Counted from the first letter of the stretch, positions 8,416 through 18,375 are shown. The stretch is DNA of 32,000 nt from Aquifex aeolicus VF5 (GCF_000008625.1 NC_000918.1:1080001-1112000); one strand, 5' to 3'. Translations and numbers: made by a program. Notes: a model not told the origin generated them from the letters alone.

Positions 8416-9422
8416 ACAGCAACTATATTTTCCAACCTCACCCCAAACTTACCGGGAAGGTATATCCCCGGCTCTATCGTAAAGACCATTCCCTCCTCTA
8501 TGGGCGTTTTTGCGTCGTCTCCCTTGTAGTAAACTCTCGGAAACTCGTGTATCTCCACACCTACACCGTGACCCGTAGAGTGGGTAAAGAACTGCCCGTA
8601 TCCCTTCTTCTCTATATACTCCCTTGCGGCCCTGTCAACGTCTCCAACAGTATTCCCAACTTTTGCCTTCTCAAGAGCTCTCAGGTGTGCTTCCTTCACT
8701 ATTTCGTAAACCTTTCTGAACTCTTCGGAAGGCTTTCCTATGTGAAAAGTTCTAGTGAAGTCCGTGCAATACCCCTCCCAGAGAAGACCCATGTCTATCA
8801 AGAGTGGAGCGTTCTCCTTTATTTTTTCCCTTGAGCTTTCCCAGTGGGGAACCGCTGAGTGTTCACCGCTTGCGACTATCGCCGGGAAGCTTTCACCTTC
8901 TCCGTTTTTCTCAAAAATCTTACTAACTATAAATCCCCTGACCTGGAGTTCCGTCATTCCCGGCTTTACGAAATTTAAAAGTTCCCTGTAAATCTTATCG
9001 CTTTTCCTTACACCCTCCTTCATTATGCTTATCTCTTCTTTAGTTTTCAAAACCCTTACGTTCTTCAGGAAGTTTGAGAAACCCACCCACCTTATGTGCT
9101 TGGATTTCAGGTGTTTCTTGAAAGTGCAGCTTACCCTGTCCTCTTCGTAGCCCACGTATTTTAGTCCCTTCTCCCTTAGAAAATTCTTTACGGACTTAAA
9201 GAGGTTTCCCTTTATGAGTACAACTTCCCAGTCTTTTAATTGATTTTTCGCCCTTTCGTAGTACCTTGCGTCAGTGAGGAGGTACTTCTCCTGCGGGGTA
9301 ATTACAGCGTACGCGTTTGTGGAGCGAAAACGTGAAAGGTAGAAAACGTTGGGTTGAGAGGAGAACATGAAGGCGTCGAGATTTTTTTCCTTTATGAGTT
9401 CTTGGACCTCCTTTACCTTCAT
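8358..9422 (-). CDS. pepQ: Xaa-Pro aminopeptidase / M24-family metallopeptidase
   Basis: PLLIDMGLLWEGYCTDFTRTF, HSTGHGVGVEIHE, EEGMVFTIEPGIY and GVRLENIVAV carry the M24 metal ligands. Confidence 0.92.
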   Translation of the reverse strand: MKVKEVQELIKEKNLDAFMFSSQPNVFYLSRFRSTNAYAVITPQEKYLLTDARYYERAKNQLKDWEVVLIKGNLFKSVKNFLREKGLKYVGYEEDRVSCTFKKHLKSKHIRWVGFSNFLKNVRVLKTKEEISIMKEGVRKSDKIYRELLNFVKPGMTELQVRGFIVSKIFEKNGEGESFPAIVASGEHSAVPHWESSREKIKENAPLLIDMGLLWEGYCTDFTRTFHIGKPSEEFRKVYEIVKEAHLRALEKAKVGNTVGDVDRAAREYIEKKGYGQFFTHSTGHGVGVEIHEFPRVYYKGDDAKTPIEEGMVFTIEPGIYLPGKFGVRLENIVAVQGGVGKPLSEIDLELVVI

Positions 9423-9423
9423 T

Positions 9424-10719
9424 TTAGAACTCCACTACTTTTAAGATATCCTCCCAGAACTCGGGGTAAGACACGGTAACGCATTCGGGGTGGTCTATTA
9501 TAACTTCCTCTTCAACGACCAATCCGAGCACTGCAAAAGCCATCGCTATCCTGTGATCTTTGAAGGTTTCTATCACTCCTCCCTTTATCTCTTTAGTCCC
9601 GTGAATTGCAAAGCCGTCCTCAAATTCCTCAACCTGTACTCCGAGCTTCCTTAGGTTTGTGACTATAGCCTTTATCCTGTCACTTTCCTTGTACCTGAGT
9701 TCCTTCGCTCCCTTTACCTCCGATACTCCGTCTGCAAAAGCCATAAGAACCGCAAGGATGGGAATCTCGTCTATTAAAGTAGGTACTTCTTCAGGAGAAA
9801 CCTTTACGGGTTTTAAGTTATCAACGGGTCTTACTACAAGATCAGCCATAGGTTCGTTGGAAAGTTCCCTGTAGTTTTCAAAGGAAATATCCCCTCCCAT
9901 TTCTATGAGTTTTCTGTAAAATCCGTCACGGGTAGGATTCAGGAGAACTTCTTTTAGTCTTATCTCCCCTTCAGGAGCGAGCGTAGCGAGTGCCGCAAAG
10001 TACGCCGCAGAGGAGGGATCCGCAGGACAGTAAACTTCCGTTCCCTGAAGTTCCTGTCCTCCTTTTATTTTTACTATGTGTCCCCTTTCTTCAGGAATAG
10101 TTATCACTTCTGCTCCGAAGAGCTTTAACATTCTCTCTGTGTGATCACGAGAAAGGTAAGGTTCTACAACTTCGGTCATACCTTCGGCTCTCAGCCCCGC
10201 AAGCAGGAGGGCACTCTTTACTTGAGCTGAGGACTTTTTATTGAAGTAGGAAATTCCCTTTAAGTTTCCTCCCCTTATGGCTATCGGTAATTTATTCCCC
10301 TCCTCCCTTCCATCTATCTTAGCCCCCATCTCTCTCAAGGGCTCCACCACTCTCAGCATCGGTCTGTTTTTCAGGCTTTCGTCCCCCGTAAGGACGCTGA
10401 AGAAGGGCTGTGTAGAAAGTACACCGCTCATAATCCTCGCCGTAGTCCCAGAGTTTTTAGCGTCGAGTACGTCATGAGGTTCTAAAAAGGTGTAATTCCT
10501 TCCCTCAATTAAGACTTCTTCTTTTCCTTCCCTTACTTTTGTTCTGATGGCTTTCAGGATTTCTAAAGTGGCCAGTGTGTCTCCAGAGATTAGAGGTTTC
10601 CTTACTAGAGTTTCACCGCTTGCGAGTGCCCCCAGTATAAAAGCCCTGTGGGTTATGGACTTGTCGGAGGGAACTCTGAGTTCTCCTTTAACTCTCTTTA
10701 TTTTCTCGATTTTTTTCAT
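9424..10719 (-). CDS. aroA: 3-phosphoshikimate 1-carboxyvinyltransferase (EPSP synthase)
   Basis: VPSDKSITHRAFILGALASGET, LDAKNSGTTARIMSGVLS, SSAQVKSALLLAGL, DHRIAMAFAVLGLV. Confidence 0.97.
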   Translation of the reverse strand: MKKIEKIKRVKGELRVPSDKSITHRAFILGALASGETLVRKPLISGDTLATLEILKAIRTKVREGKEEVLIEGRNYTFLEPHDVLDAKNSGTTARIMSGVLSTQPFFSVLTGDESLKNRPMLRVVEPLREMGAKIDGREEGNKLPIAIRGGNLKGISYFNKKSSAQVKSALLLAGLRAEGMTEVVEPYLSRDHTERMLKLFGAEVITIPEERGHIVKIKGGQELQGTEVYCPADPSSAAYFAALATLAPEGEIRLKEVLLNPTRDGFYRKLIEMGGDISFENYRELSNEPMADLVVRPVDNLKPVKVSPEEVPTLIDEIPILAVLMAFADGVSEVKGAKELRYKESDRIKAIVTNLRKLGVQVEEFEDGFAIHGTKEIKGGVIETFKDHRIAMAFAVLGLVVEEEVIIDHPECVTVSYPEFWEDILKVVEF

Positions 10720-10756
10720 AGAAAAGATTTTACTCTTTCTCCGACTTCGAGTAATT

Positions 10757-11095
10757 TCACCTCTGTTCCTTTACCACCTCTTTTATCTTTACGCCTATCT
10801 TCCCGTCTATTATCACGAGTTCGCCCTTCGCTATCAACTTTCCGTTTACCTTTATGTCCACCAAGTCCTTTGGTTCCCTATCTATCTCTATCACAGAACC
10901 TATGCCCATGGCGAGGAGTTCCCCCAGGGTCTTGTTTGCCCTTCCCACTACAACTTCAACTTCAACGGGAATGTCTGAAAAGTGCTGGATTAACTCTATA
11001 ACGCTTACTTTTTTTTCCTCTTTCTTCTCTTCCCTTACTTCTTCCTGAGGCGTTTCCTTTTTCTCTTCCTGTATTTCTTTAGTTTGTTCCTCCAT
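10757..11095 (-). CDS. fliN: Flagellar motor switch protein FliN-like (SpoA/SpoC domain)
   Basis: After a charged Glu/Lys-rich N-terminus: [67 protein letters not shown]. Confidence 0.92.
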
Positions 11096-12152
11096 CCTTT
11101 TCCATATTTTGTATTTCCTTTAATAGTTCGTCAACCATTTCGGACTCGTCAACCTTCTTTATTGGTTTCCCGTGTTTAAAGAGCCAAGCAAACCCCCTTC
11201 CGCAGGCAAGCCCTATATCCGCTTCCCTCGCTTCCCCTATTGCGTTCACCACACAACCCATAACCGCAACCTTCAAAGGAGTTTTAACGCCGGACAATTT
11301 TTCCTGAACTTCTTTCACCACTTTGGGAAGGTCAACCTCAATCCTTCCGCACGTAGGACAAGCGACTATTTCTACCCCCCTCCTTCTTAAACCCAGAGAT
11401 TTCAGTATCTCGTAAGCGGTTTCCACCTCCACCACTGGGTCGTCCGTTAAGGAAACCCTGACCGTATCACCTATACCCATGTAAAGGAGTATGCCTATGC
11501 CAACGGAAGATTTTATTATCCCCTTTGTTCCCATTCCTGCTTCTGTTATACCAATGTGGAGGGGAACGTCCGTTCTTTCCGCAAATATCAGGTTAGCCCT
11601 TACGTTTTGAAGGACGTCAGAACCCTTTATGGAAACCTTGTAATTCGTAAAGCCCCACTTCTCAAACTTTTCGGACCACCTGAGAGCACTTTCCGCAAGC
11701 GCTTCCGCAGAAGGGTAGCCATACTTTTCAAGCAAATCCTTCTCAAGAGAACCCGAGTTCACACCTATCCTTACAGCCACTCCTCTCCTCTTTGCCTCTT
11801 CCACTATTTCCCTGACTATTTCTTCCTTGCCTATATTTCCGGGATTTATCCTTATTCCGTGAACACCTTTTTCCATGGAAAGGAAAGCGTAGGAGGGAGC
11901 AAAGTGTATATCCGCAATAACGGGCATGGGACTCTTTTTCACAATTTCTTCAAGGGCTTCCACGTCTTCCTTGTGAGGCACAGCTACCCTCACAATTTCG
12001 CAACCAGCCTCGTAAAGTCTCTTTATTTGATTGAGTGTTGCCTCAACGTCGTGGGTTTTCGTAGAAGTCATGGATTGGACAACTATTGGAGCGTCTCCGC
12101 CTATCTTTACGTTTCCTACCCTTATCTGCCTCGTTTTGCGTTTTTGTATCAT
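11079..12152 (-). CDS. ispG: 4-hydroxy-3-methylbut-2-enyl diphosphate synthase
   Basis: [60 protein letters not shown] and [17 protein letters not shown]. Start set at internal Met23 ([10 protein letters not shown]) rather than the 12218 ORF start. Confidence 0.96.
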
Positions 12153-12188
12153 AAGTTTTAATATTATTTGAACCTGGAAAGGGGAAAC

Positions 12189-12740
12189 ATGCTTGAACTC
12201 AGGAGAAAGCTCTTTCACTTTTTGTCTATACTCCTCCTTATTATTCCCGTAAAGTTCTTCCCTTTCTGGCTAAACGTTTTTCTATTTTTATCAGCCATAC
12301 TTTTAAACCTTCTGATAATTTTCAGAGTATCTCCCTTTTACAATATCTTTGAAGTTTTTATAAAACTTTTTGAAAGGGAGAAAAATCTGGAAACTCCAGG
12401 AATTCAGTCCCTGTGGGCAATTCTCGGAGTATTTATTTCTTACTTACTTTTTGGAGAAAATGCGGTTGTAGGAATTGTGGTTCTCGCCCTGGGAGACGGT
12501 TTTTCTGGACTTGTTGGATATTACTTTGGCAGAAGAAAGCTCTTTTACAACCCAAAAAAGAGTTTAGAGGGAACCTTAGCCTTTTTCACGGCGTCCTTTT
12601 TGGGACTTTTGCTTTTTACCGACTTTTGTGAAGCCTTTGTTATTTCTCTTATATGTGCAGTTCTTGAAAGTCTCCCTCTCAAACTCGACGACAACTTTTA
12701 CATTCCCGTCTTGGCGAGCTTTCTCGGAGAGGTGTTATGA
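12189..12740 (+). CDS. Dolichol/phytol kinase-like membrane protein (SEC59 / CTP-dependent polyprenol kinase family)
   Basis: Multiple TM segments; conserved RRKLFHFLS, LALGDGFSGLVGYYFGRRK...KKSLEGTLAFF. Start at MLELRRKLFHF preferred over 12168. Confidence 0.82.
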   Translation: MLELRRKLFHFLSILLLIIPVKFFPFWLNVFLFLSAILLNLLIIFRVSPFYNIFEVFIKLFEREKNLETPGIQSLWAILGVFISYLLFGENAVVGIVVLALGDGFSGLVGYYFGRRKLFYNPKKSLEGTLAFFTASFLGLLLFTDFCEAFVISLICAVLESLPLKLDDNFYIPVLASFLGEVL

Positions 12741-13675
12741 AGAAGGCGTTAATAGTGAGGCTTTCCTCCTTAGGAGACGTAGTTTTAACGTCTGTGGTAT
12801 TTGACCCTTTGTTAAAGGCAGGTTATAAACCCTACCTTCTTACATTTAAGCCCTACGATGAAGTATTTCAGGATGACGACAGAGTAGAGGTAATACCCGT
12901 AAGTAAAGAAAACTTTTTTAAAGAAATTGAAAAAATCCCGAAGGACTTTGACCTGAAGGTGGATCTCCACGGAAACTTAAAGACCTTCTTCCTCAGACTC
13001 TTCCTCGGAGGAAAGTGGAGGAAGTATAAAAAAGAAAGCATAAGGAGGAGACTTTCCGTTTACTTTAAACACTTCAGAAAACCCTTTTTCGTCCCCGAGG
13101 CTTACGTGAAGAGCTTACAAGGGATAATTGAGGTAAAAAATCCGAGACCCTTTATAAAAGTTTCCGAAGAAAGGATAAGAGAATTTAAGGATTTATACGG
13201 AAAATACGTGGTTATAGCCCCGGGAGCGAGGTACAAAAAGAAACGTTATCCTTACTTCAAAGAACTTTCTGAACTCTTCATAAAAGAAGGGATAAACGTA
13301 GTTATAGTGGGAGACGAAAAGGATCGGGAAATCAGCAAGGATTTTCCGGGCGTAAACCTGTGCGGAAAGCTTTCTTTGATAGATGTTCTTGGAGTAATTG
13401 GAGGAGCGGAACTCTTTGTGGGAAACGACAGCGGACTCCTTCACTGTGCTAGGGCGGTAAAGACAAAGGCTATTCAGATTTACGGAGGGACTCACCCTAC
13501 TCTGGGCTTTTCCCTTTACCCCGATGAGGGGAAGGTTGTCTGCAAGTGTCTTGATTGCCAGCCGTGTGATGTGCACGGTAAAGGAGTGTGTAAAATAGGG
13601 AATTACGAATGTCTTAATATTCCTCCTATAAAAATTTTTGAGTATGCTATAAACATTTTGAATACCAAGCCGTAA
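12737..13675 (+). CDS. ADP-heptose:LPS heptosyltransferase-like, GT9 family
   Basis: MKKALIVRLSSLGDVVLTSVVFDPL, VDLHGNLKTFFLR, VIAPGARYKKKRYP, VGNDSGLLHCARAVKTKAIQIYGGTHPTLGF. ATGA-type overlap with upstream gene. Confidence 0.92.
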   Translation: MKKALIVRLSSLGDVVLTSVVFDPLLKAGYKPYLLTFKPYDEVFQDDDRVEVIPVSKENFFKEIEKIPKDFDLKVDLHGNLKTFFLRLFLGGKWRKYKKESIRRRLSVYFKHFRKPFFVPEAYVKSLQGIIEVKNPRPFIKVSEERIREFKDLYGKYVVIAPGARYKKKRYPYFKELSELFIKEGINVVIVGDEKDREISKDFPGVNLCGKLSLIDVLGVIGGAELFVGNDSGLLHCARAVKTKAIQIYGGTHPTLGFSLYPDEGKVVCKCLDCQPCDVHGKGVCKIGNYECLNIPPIKIFEYAINILNTKP

Positions 13676-13714
13676 AATTAGGAAGAAATTTATAAATAAA
13701 AGGAGGTGGGAGAC

Positions 13715-15139
13715 ATGGGAATTCTGGAAACACTTGTTTTAAAAGAAAAAATAAACGGAACGGAGAAGGCGGTAATCTTCAGGGAGCTCATAAAGAAAGA
13801 AATGGAGCTTTTAAACGATTACTGCGCTAAAAATCACCTGTTCCCCAAGGATTACAGGATTGAGTTCTGTCACCTGCACAACATAAAAAAGGTAAACATA
13901 GCGAGGCTCCTCACTATTTTAAAGTACTACGACCCGAGGTTTATAGAAATACTAATGTCAACGGACCCGAAAGTCAGAACCTTCATTCAGTACTTTATGG
14001 AATTCCTAGAAAAACACCCATACTTTGAGGATGTCCTTGAGCCCCAGAACCTCTTTGGAAACTGGGACTACATAAGGTATAAGTTAAAGATACTCTTCCC
14101 GCAACTTACCTTTGAGGAAATAGACAGGTTTAAGTTCAAAAGGAAAGAGTTTATAAACTACGTTAAGGAAAAACTGGGAGAACCTGAGGAATTAATAGAG
14201 GATAAACTGAACCTGGCAACCTGGTACGAAAGTGTACCTTACCTGGAGCTTGAAAGTGAAATGACTCCCGGTGTGCATCCCGACCCCGTAATGACTCCTG
14301 AGGAGTGGAGCTTTATCAAGAGACACATAAAGGGAAGGAAAAACATAATAATAAGGGACCCCGACACGGGCAAAGAAAAGCTCGTTTACGTAGAAGTGGA
14401 TATACCCGACGAAGAGCTAGACAAGTACTACAAAAACAGGGAAGGTTTGAAGAAACTTCTCATGGAAAGGTACAACATAGACGAGTCCGGAGCGGAGCAG
14501 ATACTAAGAAAAGCTGGTTGGGAAGCTACTGGATGGCACATAGTTCCACCCGTCCACACTGACGTTGAAGTAGTTTACCCAGAAGAAGAAAAGAAAGAAG
14601 AGAAAAAGGTTGAAGTAAAAAGAGAACCCTTTGACATAATGGAGCTTGCTAAACACATAAGGTACCTCGGCGGAAGGGAACTAGAAATGCTCAACTACTA
14701 CGAACTCGTTCACGACAAGGTTCCCGAAATTCACGAGAAACTCCACATGTTCATGAGGACAAAGAGAAGACTTCTCGGAAAGCTGTTCGGAATATACTAC
14801 ACGGTGGACCCCGTAATGGCGGAAGCCATACTCATAAACGACCCCGAAAACATAGAACTGCTAAAAAGCCTTACTATTTCAACCGGTCTCAGGGACAAGA
14901 AGTTCTCAATCTACGACAGCAGTAAGGTCTGGAACGAAATAAAGAGAAGGGTAAGATTCATATTCCCAGAGGTAAGCGAAGAAGAAATAGAGAAGTTCAA
15001 AGGAAAGAGAAGCGAGTTCGTGACTTACCTCGCCCAAAAACTCGGAAAACCCGAGGAGTACATAGACGAAAGACTCGAAAGAGCAGGTTGGCTAAGGAGT
15101 GAAGAAATTCCCGCCTTCATCAGACACGTGGGACCTTAA
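13715..15139 (+). CDS. Uncharacterised 474 aa protein with three degenerate internal repeats
   Basis: SD aggaggtg at about 13700-13708 followed by ATG at 13715; the ORF-track start at 13706 overlaps the SD. Clear internal homology between residues (13706 numbering) 120-173, 201-272 and 409-462. Confidence 0.85.
14063..14224 (+). repeat. Protein-level repeat 1: [54 protein letters not shown]
   Basis: Aligned by eye with repeats 2 and 3. Confidence 0.85.
14306..14521 (+). repeat. Protein-level repeat 2 with insertion: [10 protein letters not shown]...[40 protein letters not shown]
   Basis: C-terminal half aligns strongly to repeat 3; W-x2-I-K start retained; about 20-residue insertion between the halves. 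Confidence 0.7.
14930..15091 (+). repeat. Protein-level repeat 3: [54 protein letters not shown]
   Basis: Same length (54 aa) as repeat 1 with W, I, K/R, FP, EEI, F, KR, EF, Y, K, LG, PEE, I, L and W conserved. Confidence 0.85.
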
Positions 15140-16104
15140 GAGAGTTCAGCTTTTAGTATGTCGTGCATGTGCAATATGCCTATGGGCTCGTTCTCTTCGT
15201 TTACAACTATTAAAACGGTTATGTTGTGATCTTCCATCTTCCTCAGTGCTTTTAACGCCAGTTCATCCGGCTTTATCGTTTTTGGGTTTTTTGTCATAAC
15301 GTCTTTTGCCCTTGTGTTTTCAAAACTCCCTCCCCTGTTTACAAACCTTCTTAAATCCCCATCCGTTATTATCCCGACGAGTTTTCCCTCTTCATTCACA
15401 ACCGCAGTAGCTCCGAACCCTTTTGCTGTCATCTCTATTATCGCTTCCTTCATGGATGTGTCTTCCTTTACTATTGGAACCTCTTCACCTGTGTGATATA
15501 AATCCTTCACAAGTCTGAGCTTCCTTCCGAGAGCGCCCGCCGGGTGTCTCTTTGCAAAGTCCTCCTGAGAGAAACCCTTTAACTTCATAAGGGTCATCGC
15601 AATGGCGTCTCCGAGTGCAAGGGTGACAGTGGAACTCACAGTAGGTGCGAGGTTAAAAGGGCACGCTTCCCTGTCAACGGGAATTTTCAAAACTACGTCG
15701 CTGTATTTTGCCAGTGAAGATTTCTCATTTCCCGTGATACCGATAACCGGGATGTTTAACGCCTTTGCGTACTGGAGAACGTAAAGTACCTCTGTACTTT
15801 CCCCGCTGTTTGATATTGCTATAAGGGCGTCCTTTGAGTCTAGGAGTCCCATGTCGCCGTGGAGGGCTTCCGCGGGGTGGAGGAAAACAGAAGGTGTTCC
15901 CGTACTTGAAAGCGTAGAGGATATCTTTCTCGCTATATGACCGGACTTTCCTATTCCCGTAAGAATAACTTTACCTTCACAATTCCTTAAAATCTCTACA
16001 GCTTTTGAAAAATTTTCGTCAAGGGAAGAGAGGAGCCTTTCAAGTCCCTTTATCTCTTCCCTTATAACTTCCCTTGCAAACTCCAATAAGTCTTTTTCTT
16101 CCAT
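15136..16104 (-). CDS. kdsD: Arabinose-5-phosphate isomerase, KpsF/GutQ family (SIS + two CBS domains)
   Basis: [53 protein letters not shown], then CBS domains including [11 protein letters not shown]. Confidence 0.94.
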
Positions 16105-16659
16105 TTACCCCTCTTTATTTTTCTTGTAATTTTCAATCCCTTTCTTTATCTCCTCTATGGCATCCTGAAGTCCTTTCCAGTTTTCCACTTTTACCCACTT
16201 TCCGGGTTCGAGTTCCTTGTAGTGTTCAAAGAAGTGTTTTATCTTCTCTCTGACTATTTCGGGGAGGTTATCCACTGTCTTAATGTTTGAGTAGGAGGGA
16301 TCCAGTTTTTCGTGAGGAACCGCTATTACCTTCGTGTCTATACCCGCCTCGTCCCTCATCTCGAGCATACCTATGGGTCTACACCTCATAACTGCTCCGG
16401 GAACTACGGGTTCTCTTGATATGACAAGAACGTCAACGGGGTCTCCGTCGTCGGCAAGCGTCTGGGGAACGAAACCGTAATTAAAGGGATAGTACATCGC
16501 CGTAAACAGGAAACGATCAACGAAAATAACTCCCGTATCTTTGTCAAGTTCGTACTTAACCGCACTTCCCTGAGGAATTTCAATTACGACGTAAATGTCT
16601 TCGGGCGGATTTTTCCCCGGCGGCAGCTGGTCGTAGCCCATCCTTTCACCTCCTTGCAA
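16105..16659 (-). CDS. ppa: Inorganic pyrophosphatase
   Basis: [52 protein letters not shown]. Confidence 0.96.
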
Positions 16660-16711
16660 CAGTTAAAAATTTTACAATCAAACTATACCAAATAAAGTGT
16701 ATAAACTTGCG

Positions 16712-16847
16712 AATTTCTCTTTTGAAAGAGACAGCAGGTAGTAAATCCTGTTCCATTTTCGGGACTCTCTGCAGAAACTGTATCACCTTTGCCTACTTTT
16801 GCTTGCTTCTGATGCAGCCTTGTGAGTCTGCTTATTTAAAGATATTC
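16712..16847. other. Candidate structured RNA / regulatory element in the trpA-ppa gap, strand unresolved
   Basis: 188-nt non-coding gap in a very compact region, with nested inverted repeats: AGCAG 16733-16737 / CTGCT 16828-16832; ACTC 16764-16767 / GAGT 16824-16827; CTGCA 16769-16773 / TGCAG 16813-16817; plus local hairpin TCTCTT-TTGA-AAGAGA 16716-16731. Confidence 0.35.
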
Positions 16848-17636
16848 TCATTCTCTTAATCCTTCCTTGAGTTCCTTCACCAAGTTTCCTAAATCCTCTA
16901 TTTTCTTTTGTCCTGCTAATTTTACGAGAGCACTTCCCACGACCACTCCGTCAGCAAAGGAACCTATTTCTCTGGCATGTTCTTTTTTAGAAACTCCAAA
17001 GCCCACCACCACAGGCTTATCGCACAACTCCCTGTACTCCTCTACCTTTTTCTTTATCCTTTCGTATGGGAGTTTTTCCCTTGCCCCTGTGGTTCCAGTA
17101 ACGGAAACAAAGTAGGTCATCTCATCCGCAGCTTCGCATATTAGCTTTATACGCTTTCGGGTACTCGTGGGAGCACCCAAGGGAACGAAGGAGAGTACGT
17201 ACTTCTTCATCACCGCTTTTAGTTCTTCCGCTTCTTCTGGCGGTAGATCGGGAACAATAAAACCGTCTATTCCCTTTTCCCTTGAAAGCCTGCAGAACTT
17301 TTCAAGCCCTATCCTGAATATAGGGTTGTAGTAAGTCATCAATAGAAAGGGAATGTCCGGAAATTCTTTTCTCAGTGTTTCGGAGAGTTCCAGAACGTCT
17401 TCAAATCGTATCCCGTTTTTGAGGGCAACCTCATGGGCTACCTGAATTGTAGGGCCGTCCGCCACAGGATCCGAAAAGGGAAATCCTATTTCCAGTATGT
17501 CCGTTCCGTTTTTTAAAACTTCTTTGAAGGCCTTAAGAGAAGTTTCGTAGTCTGGATAACCCACCATGAGGTAAGAAACAAGGGCTTTTTCTCTTTTTTC
17601 CTTTAATTCTGTAAACTTATCGCTTATTCTTCCCAT
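16848..17636 (-). CDS. trpA: Tryptophan synthase alpha subunit
   Basis: LVSYLMVGYPDYETS, ILEIGFPFSDPVADGPTIQ, FIVPDLPPEEAEE, VVVGFGVSKKEHA. Start at MGRISDKF (17636) preferred to 17648. Confidence 0.97.
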   Translation of the reverse strand: MGRISDKFTELKEKREKALVSYLMVGYPDYETSLKAFKEVLKNGTDILEIGFPFSDPVADGPTIQVAHEVALKNGIRFEDVLELSETLRKEFPDIPFLLMTYYNPIFRIGLEKFCRLSREKGIDGFIVPDLPPEEAEELKAVMKKYVLSFVPLGAPTSTRKRIKLICEAADEMTYFVSVTGTTGAREKLPYERIKKKVEEYRELCDKPVVVGFGVSKKEHAREIGSFADGVVVGSALVKLAGQKKIEDLGNLVKELKEGLRE

Positions 17637-18022
17637 TTCACTTCCCAAGAAATTTTTAAGTTTGTAGAAGGTTTTACCATGGCAAGGACGCTGCAGTACT
17701 TTTCCGTTGAAAGTTTTACCGCTTGCTCAAGGGCTTTTTCTTCAACTTTTCCGACTGCTACGTACTTTATTTCAATTTCTTCATAGATTTTTGGATGTTT
17801 TTCTCTTCTTTTTCCTTTTAAAAATATCTTTATGTCTTTTACTTCCTGCCTTTTTTTCTTTAAAATGTGGTAAACGTCAACACCGGAACAACTGCCGATG
17901 GAAACGAGGAGGAGTTCCATAGGGTTTAAACCTTTTTCTCCTGCGGTTATTTCCCCTATTGAGGTTTTTGAAAGGAATGTAGCTTCGCTGGAAAGTTCAA
18001 GTTCTACTTCTTTTACTTCCAT
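17624..18022 (-). CDS. OsmC/Ohr-family protein (YhfA-like)
   Basis: GLNPMELLLVSIGSCSGVDVYHILKKKRQEVKDIKIFLKGKR; typical OsmC-family cysteine and second-half cysteine EKYCSVLAMV. Confidence 0.87.
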   Translation of the reverse strand: MEVKEVELELSSEATFLSKTSIGEITAGEKGLNPMELLLVSIGSCSGVDVYHILKKKRQEVKDIKIFLKGKRREKHPKIYEEIEIKYVAVGKVEEKALEQAVKLSTEKYCSVLAMVKPSTNLKISWEVKWEE

Positions 18023-18060
18023 AAAGAGGATTATACCCGCCCGAAGGCGGGTGAAAGGAA

Positions 18061-18375
18061 TTATTTGTGAGAAAGGATAAAATCAGCTAGAGCCTTGAGT
18101 TCTGCGTCGGAGAGACCCTTTAACATGGTGAGCTGGGGCTTCATTATGGCTTCTTTTGCAGGGTCAACTATAGCGGGAGCTTCACCTTTTAAGAACTTGA
18201 TGAGTTGATCTTCTTTTCCAGCGTAAGCTTGAGCTATCTTCTTGAGAGAGGGCCCTACGGTATCAACGTTTGCTTGGTGGCAGGAACCACATCCCTTTTG
18301 CTGGAAGATTGCTTTTCCGTCAGCTGCGAAGGTAAGTCCTGCTACCGCAAGTCCTGCGAGAAGGAGCTTCTTCAT
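18061..18375 (-). CDS. Small periplasmic c-type cytochrome (c551/c552-like)
   Basis: Signal peptide MKKLLLAGLAVAGLTFA; haem motif CGSCH; C-terminal methionine ligand region IMKPQLTMLKGLSDAELKALADFILSHK. Confidence 0.95.
   Translation of the reverse strand: MKKLLLAGLAVAGLTFAADGKAIFQQKGCGSCHQANVDTVGPSLKKIAQAYAGKEDQLIKFLKGEAPAIVDPAKEAIMKPQLTMLKGLSDAELKALADFILSHK

Noticed and set aside
11556-12161. 201 aa + strand ORF opposite ispG
   Set aside because: Antisense to a highly conserved gene; translation rich in Phe/Tyr/Ser as expected from the reverse complement of real coding sequence.
12153-12218. N-terminal extension of ispG in the ORF track (MKELSPEFKHVSPFQVQIILKL)
   Set aside because: Extension does not match ispG family starts and would overlap the divergent gene; internal Met23 gives a normal IspG start.
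16716-16731. TCTCTT-TTGA-AAGAGA hairpin as a rho-independent terminator
   Set aside because: No T-run follows the stem on either strand, and the stem is AT/GA-rich and short. Kept only as part of the candidate structured region.
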